Source: Callorhinchus milii (taxonomy: Eukaryota). Taken from it: a DNA stretch of 64,000 nucleotides. The notes beneath the pieces were generated by a model, which saw nothing but the letters and a program-made list of their open reading frames with translations, had not been told where the DNA came from and did not search any database. Shown in pieces: positions 63,356 to 64,000 of this stretch. The position numbers and the translations under genes were made by a program. The stretch spans positions 45,386,001-45,450,000 of the forward strand of contig NW_024704743.1 of NCBI RefSeq assembly GCF_018977255.1. The letters run 5' to 3'. Every line of letters starts with the position of its first letter. Position 1 is the stretch's first letter.

Positions 63356-64000
63356 TCTAATGGGGAACTTTATAACACGATGGTTTGGGTCCATAAACTC
63401 AGACATGCATTAGAACAGGGCATGTTATAAAAATGGTTGTTAATCAGTGCTTCTGGGCCGTCAGATGTGTGCGGCATGGAGGAAGCCAGCCACCATTCTT
63501 GTAAGCATTTCCAACAGCTCATTAGACATTGGGAGGTCGTCTGCGTCTTCGAGCTATGTGCAGGTCAGTCAACACCGGAAGCTGGAAATGTACCGCAAGG
63601 TTGGTATAACTCAGGCCCACAGTGCGACTGCACTATAAGAGCAGCCCATTCCCTGGTACGCAGGTGAACCCACTCTGTACCGGGTACATCATAACATGTT
63701 TTGTATAATTTTAAAACAATATTATTTTTTCTGGTGTCTGAAGCGTGTCTGACACATATGGAAATCCATCACCATGCTTAAGAGTATCCAAAACCAGATT
63801 GAGAGCTCCATCAAAACATGAACATTTCCCTGTGTCTGGAATACAATATGCATCCTGAACCTGGAAGGTCACATCCTGCTTACCCAGAGAGTATTAGGCA
63901 CAGGTTGGCAAGAGCCAAGTGGTATGCATTAATAAAAATGTCTGGTGCAGAAATACTCATTTGTCAGACTTCTGATTCCTGCAATGCAACCATACAGAAT

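Overview
Vertebrate genomic DNA, most likely a cartilaginous fish (possibly a holocephalan; inferred from the protein and the repeat content). The only protein-coding gene I can support is LRRC3B (14461-15240, +, single coding exon, 259 aa), with a probable splice acceptor at 14254-14255. No promoter or first exon is evident, so 1-14255 is probably intron and the rest 3' UTR or gene desert. The remainder is dense in retroelements: about 10 young, near-identical tRNA(Ala)-like SINEs, a longer older sister subfamily, many old DeuSINE-type (SacSINE1/AmnSINE1-like) copies, and L2 and CR1 LINE fragments, many nested. The most interesting observations are: a SINE/L2 pair sharing a covarying 3' hairpin, with signs that the young SINE took its tail core from the young L2; a modular CORE-like + Deu-like SINE; a retroelement tail that creates a uORF in the LRRC3B leader; a palindromic MITE-like family; and several locally templated insertions. 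No prokaryote-type system or CRISPR array is present. Family names come from recalled consensus features, not database searches, and boundaries of old repeats are approximate.
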